Positions 31,712 to 33,894 of a stretch of 33,894 nt of DNA are shown here, one piece after another (position 1 is the first letter of the stretch; each line of letters starts with the position of its first letter). Origin of the DNA: an uncultured Clostridium sp. (GTDB lineage Bacteria; Bacillota; Clostridia; Oscillospirales; CAG-272); assembly GCA_964564255.1 (NCBI GenBank), contig CAZMAZ010000003.1:1-33894 (forward strand), read 5' to 3'. Position numbers and translations under genes: made by a program. The notes under the pieces are model-generated. The model was given only the letters and a program-made list of their open reading frames with translations. It searched no databases and had not been told where the DNA came from.

Positions 31712-33484
31712 TCACCGATAAAGCTCTCCAATCGGTTCCTCGTCAATCAGTTTCCAATTGTCAAAGTCACTTCCCTTACCCGTAATCTCATAGGTCAGGA
31801 TGCTTTCTTCCCAGGTTATGGGCGAAGTCATTTCAAACATATGAATTCTGGTCCGTGTTTCTCCTTCCGCAATATCGGAATAAGCATCTCCATAGTCATG
31901 CTCTGTTTGGATTTGCGCGGATTTGACCAATTCCGCAAGAAGGTTTTCCTGCGAAACCTGCGCGTTTGAATAGGTAAGCGCACCGGTCTGTCCCCGTTGC
32001 TTGACAAAAAGTGCGGTCTGGCGCGGCTGCCACGGTTTGATGCAATCGTCATATGCGCTTCCATGGTCCCCCGTAATCACAACGGTTGCGTTATCATAAA
32101 GACCGGCTGCCTTTAACTGTTCCAAATATTCCCGAATCAAGAGGAAACATCCTTTTGCTGCGGACACTACGCCGTTATCTTCGGCATTTCCGTTTTCATC
32201 GATGGCATACGGGTTATGGCATCCGTTCAAATGAATAAAACGGAAGGTATTTTCTTCGCCGGAAACGGTCACACCGCTTTCAAGCAGGTCTTGATAAATT
32301 TGCGCATCTGTCGGTTGGTATTGATTATATTCTCCCGAATACTTAACAACACCGTCAAATGATGTCGAACTGATTGAAATATATCTCTTGACCGACAAAG
32401 GCGCATACCGATAGAGTGACAAAAGTATCATATTGCCGACCAGTGCAAACCGATTGTCGATTTCATAGCCTGTCACCGGTGTGTAATTGTCGCAAATGTC
32501 TGCAAAGACACCGGCATTACGGTAGGTATAATAGTCATCGATATAAAGACCGATTTTGTAGCCGTTCGCCTGCAAATCCTGCAAAAACGGAGAAGTTGTA
32601 TAAGCCTTTTGGAAATACGCCTTCGCGCCGGAAGTAAAGTCCTGCCGTACTCCCGTAATGATACTGGCAACCGCGGGATAGGTGCGAGAATACAAGGAAA
32701 TGTTATCTGTGTAGTAGGTAAAGCCATCCAAATCGTCAAAGTAGGTCGGATCCGCAGCAACAATGTCCTGATAAAAAGTGGCATCAAAACGGTCTATGAT
32801 AAAAACAAGAATAATATTCCCTTCCGAAACATCATAAATACCTTTATCGCTCAAAATACCTTGCGCATTCTTTGTGTCCTGCACTTCCGAATCGGAATTT
32901 GTCGGGGGATCGCCAAATGCGTTTTGCGTAATTCCGGTAATCAATGCGCTTCCAATCTGCATGGCAAGAAGGAGACTCAAAACAAATACGCCGCCGGTTT
33001 TGACCCATTCGCGTGTTTTGGGATGCTTGACAACCAATAGGAAAGCGACGCCGATCGCCACCCAAAGGAAAAGGTCAAGAATCACCTGCCAGGTCTTCAT
33101 AGCAGTACCGACATCATCGGAAACCAGCGAATTGACTCCGAAATTCAAAAAATTTCCTTGCAGATATGACATAAAGGTCAAATAGAGCAAAATAGCAAAA
33201 GCAACGGTATAAGCTCGTCCGCGAATAAACGCGGTTGCCGCCGCAATTACCATTGTGGCAAGCAATACAATCAAAAGGAGCGGCAGGAAAAAGTCACCGA
33301 GATAGAACCCCAGCTCTTGACGGTTGGAAATAAAAATCTCATATGCCCCGTGAAAAAGGACGGTATACGAAAGAGCAAATGCCGCAAGAAGCGAAAGCGA
33401 TATGCGCTCACGCAAGGAAAAGCCCTGCGACGATTTTGCTGTCTGTGCGACTTCGCTCTTCGCACATTCGGAATTGTTTTCCAT
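31712..33484 (-). CDS. LTA synthase / sulfatase-family membrane protein (phosphoglycerol- or phosphoethanolamine-transferase-like)
   Basis: An N-terminal polytopic region is followed by an extracytoplasmic sulfatase-fold domain (ILVFIIDRFDATF, LYSRTYPAVASIITG, FIHLNGCHNPY, VVITGDHGS). I chose the start at the ATG at 33482-33484, preceded by GAGGTG with a 6-nt spacer. The ORF-track start at 33493 is a GTG. Confidence 0.8.
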   Translation of the reverse strand: MENNSECAKSEVAQTAKSSQGFSLRERISLSLLAAFALSYTVLFHGAYEIFISNRQELGFYLGDFFLPLLLIVLLATMVIAAATAFIRGRAYTVAFAILLYLTFMSYLQGNFLNFGVNSLVSDDVGTAMKTWQVILDLFLWVAIGVAFLLVVKHPKTREWVKTGGVFVLSLLLAMQIGSALITGITQNAFGDPPTNSDSEVQDTKNAQGILSDKGIYDVSEGNIILVFIIDRFDATFYQDIVAADPTYFDDLDGFTYYTDNISLYSRTYPAVASIITGVRQDFTSGAKAYFQKAYTTSPFLQDLQANGYKIGLYIDDYYTYRNAGVFADICDNYTPVTGYEIDNRFALVGNMILLSLYRYAPLSVKRYISISSTSFDGVVKYSGEYNQYQPTDAQIYQDLLESGVTVSGEENTFRFIHLNGCHNPYAIDENGNAEDNGVVSAAKGCFLLIREYLEQLKAAGLYDNATVVITGDHGSAYDDCIKPWQPRQTALFVKQRGQTGALTYSNAQVSQENLLAELVKSAQIQTEHDYGDAYSDIAEGETRTRIHMFEMTSPITWEESILTYEITGKGSDFDNWKLIDEEPIGELYR

Positions 33485-33499
33485 CAAAAACACCTCATT

Positions 33500-33838
33500 T
33501 CAGCCCATTTGATCGGTCAGCTGCGTTCCTCCAAGCAAATGGAAATGCAAATGCCCGACAGATTGGCAAGCATCCGCACCGCAATTTGTCACCACGCGGT
33601 ACCCGTTTTGCAACCCGCATTCTGCGGCGATTTTGGGAATCGCCTCGAAAATGTGCGCCACTGCCGCACTGTTTCCCGCACAAATCTCATCGGCTGACGA
33701 AATATGCATCTTGGGCACAACCAGAATATGAACGGGCGCCATCGGATGAATGTCCCGAAACGCATATACATTCTCATCCTCATATACTTTCTGCGAAGGA
33801 ATCTCTCCCGCTATAATTTTGCAAAATAAACAATCCAT
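33500..33838 (-). CDS. HIT-family (histidine triad) nucleotide-binding protein
   Basis: MDCLFCKIIAGEIPSQKVYEDENVYAFRDIHPMAPVHILVVPK... is followed by the histidine triad HLHFHLLGG. Confidence 0.9.
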   Translation of the reverse strand: MDCLFCKIIAGEIPSQKVYEDENVYAFRDIHPMAPVHILVVPKMHISSADEICAGNSAAVAHIFEAIPKIAAECGLQNGYRVVTNCGADACQSVGHLHFHLLGGTQLTDQMG

Positions 33839-33894
33839 TTATTCTTTCCCCTCTTTACAAATTCGGTTTTCTGTGATACAATAAACACGCACTC

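Noticed and set aside
1-33894. A scan for tRNA, rRNA, CRISPR arrays, IS or transposase genes, integrases and phage structural genes.
   Set aside because: I could not see any regularly spaced direct repeats, transposase-like or integrase-like ORFs, or rRNA/tRNA-like segments. This was an eye scan only, so tRNAscan-SE, Infernal, CRISPR detection and ISfinder searches would be needed for certainty.

Overview
This is a chromosomal segment that looks like Firmicutes/Clostridia: it has a T-box leader, an HPr gene, strong GGAGG-type ribosome-binding sites, and several textbook sigma-A promoters. Nearly all genes are on the minus strand. Most of the content is housekeeping: thrS with its T-box, an MGS-like gene, nagB, a DUF1385 gene, coaD-rsmD, uvrC, ptsH, a class A PBP, an aconitase-icd operon, tadA, a BadF-type sugar kinase, an LtaS-like sulfatase and a HIT protein. 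I saw no rRNA, tRNA, CRISPR array, transposase or integrase. The stand-out locus is a tightly coupled four-gene minus-strand operon (about 21336 to 15011). It encodes a TerB-N/TerB-C protein, a DUF2791 (BrxD-like) ATPase, a CE4 (NodB-type) polysaccharide deacetylase and an Lhr-like SF2 helicase. A perfect TTGACA-17-TGnTATAAT promoter and a strong terminator bound it. The TerB/ATPase/helicase triad matches the three-gene anti-phage system known as Shango. As far as I know the embedded, translationally coupled deacetylase is not part of the described system, so it is the best candidate for something new. The locus sits between core genes (PBP1A on one side, aconitase/IDH on the other) with no mobility genes in view. 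Secondary curiosities are listed as findings: a BadF-kinase/TadA/methyltransferase-fold operon, an MGS-like protein with altered catalytic motifs, a 17-bp perfect palindrome, a membrane protein with tandem Ca-loop-like motifs, and an orphan solute-binding lipoprotein next to an LtaS-like enzyme. All family assignments come from reading motifs by eye. No database search was run.
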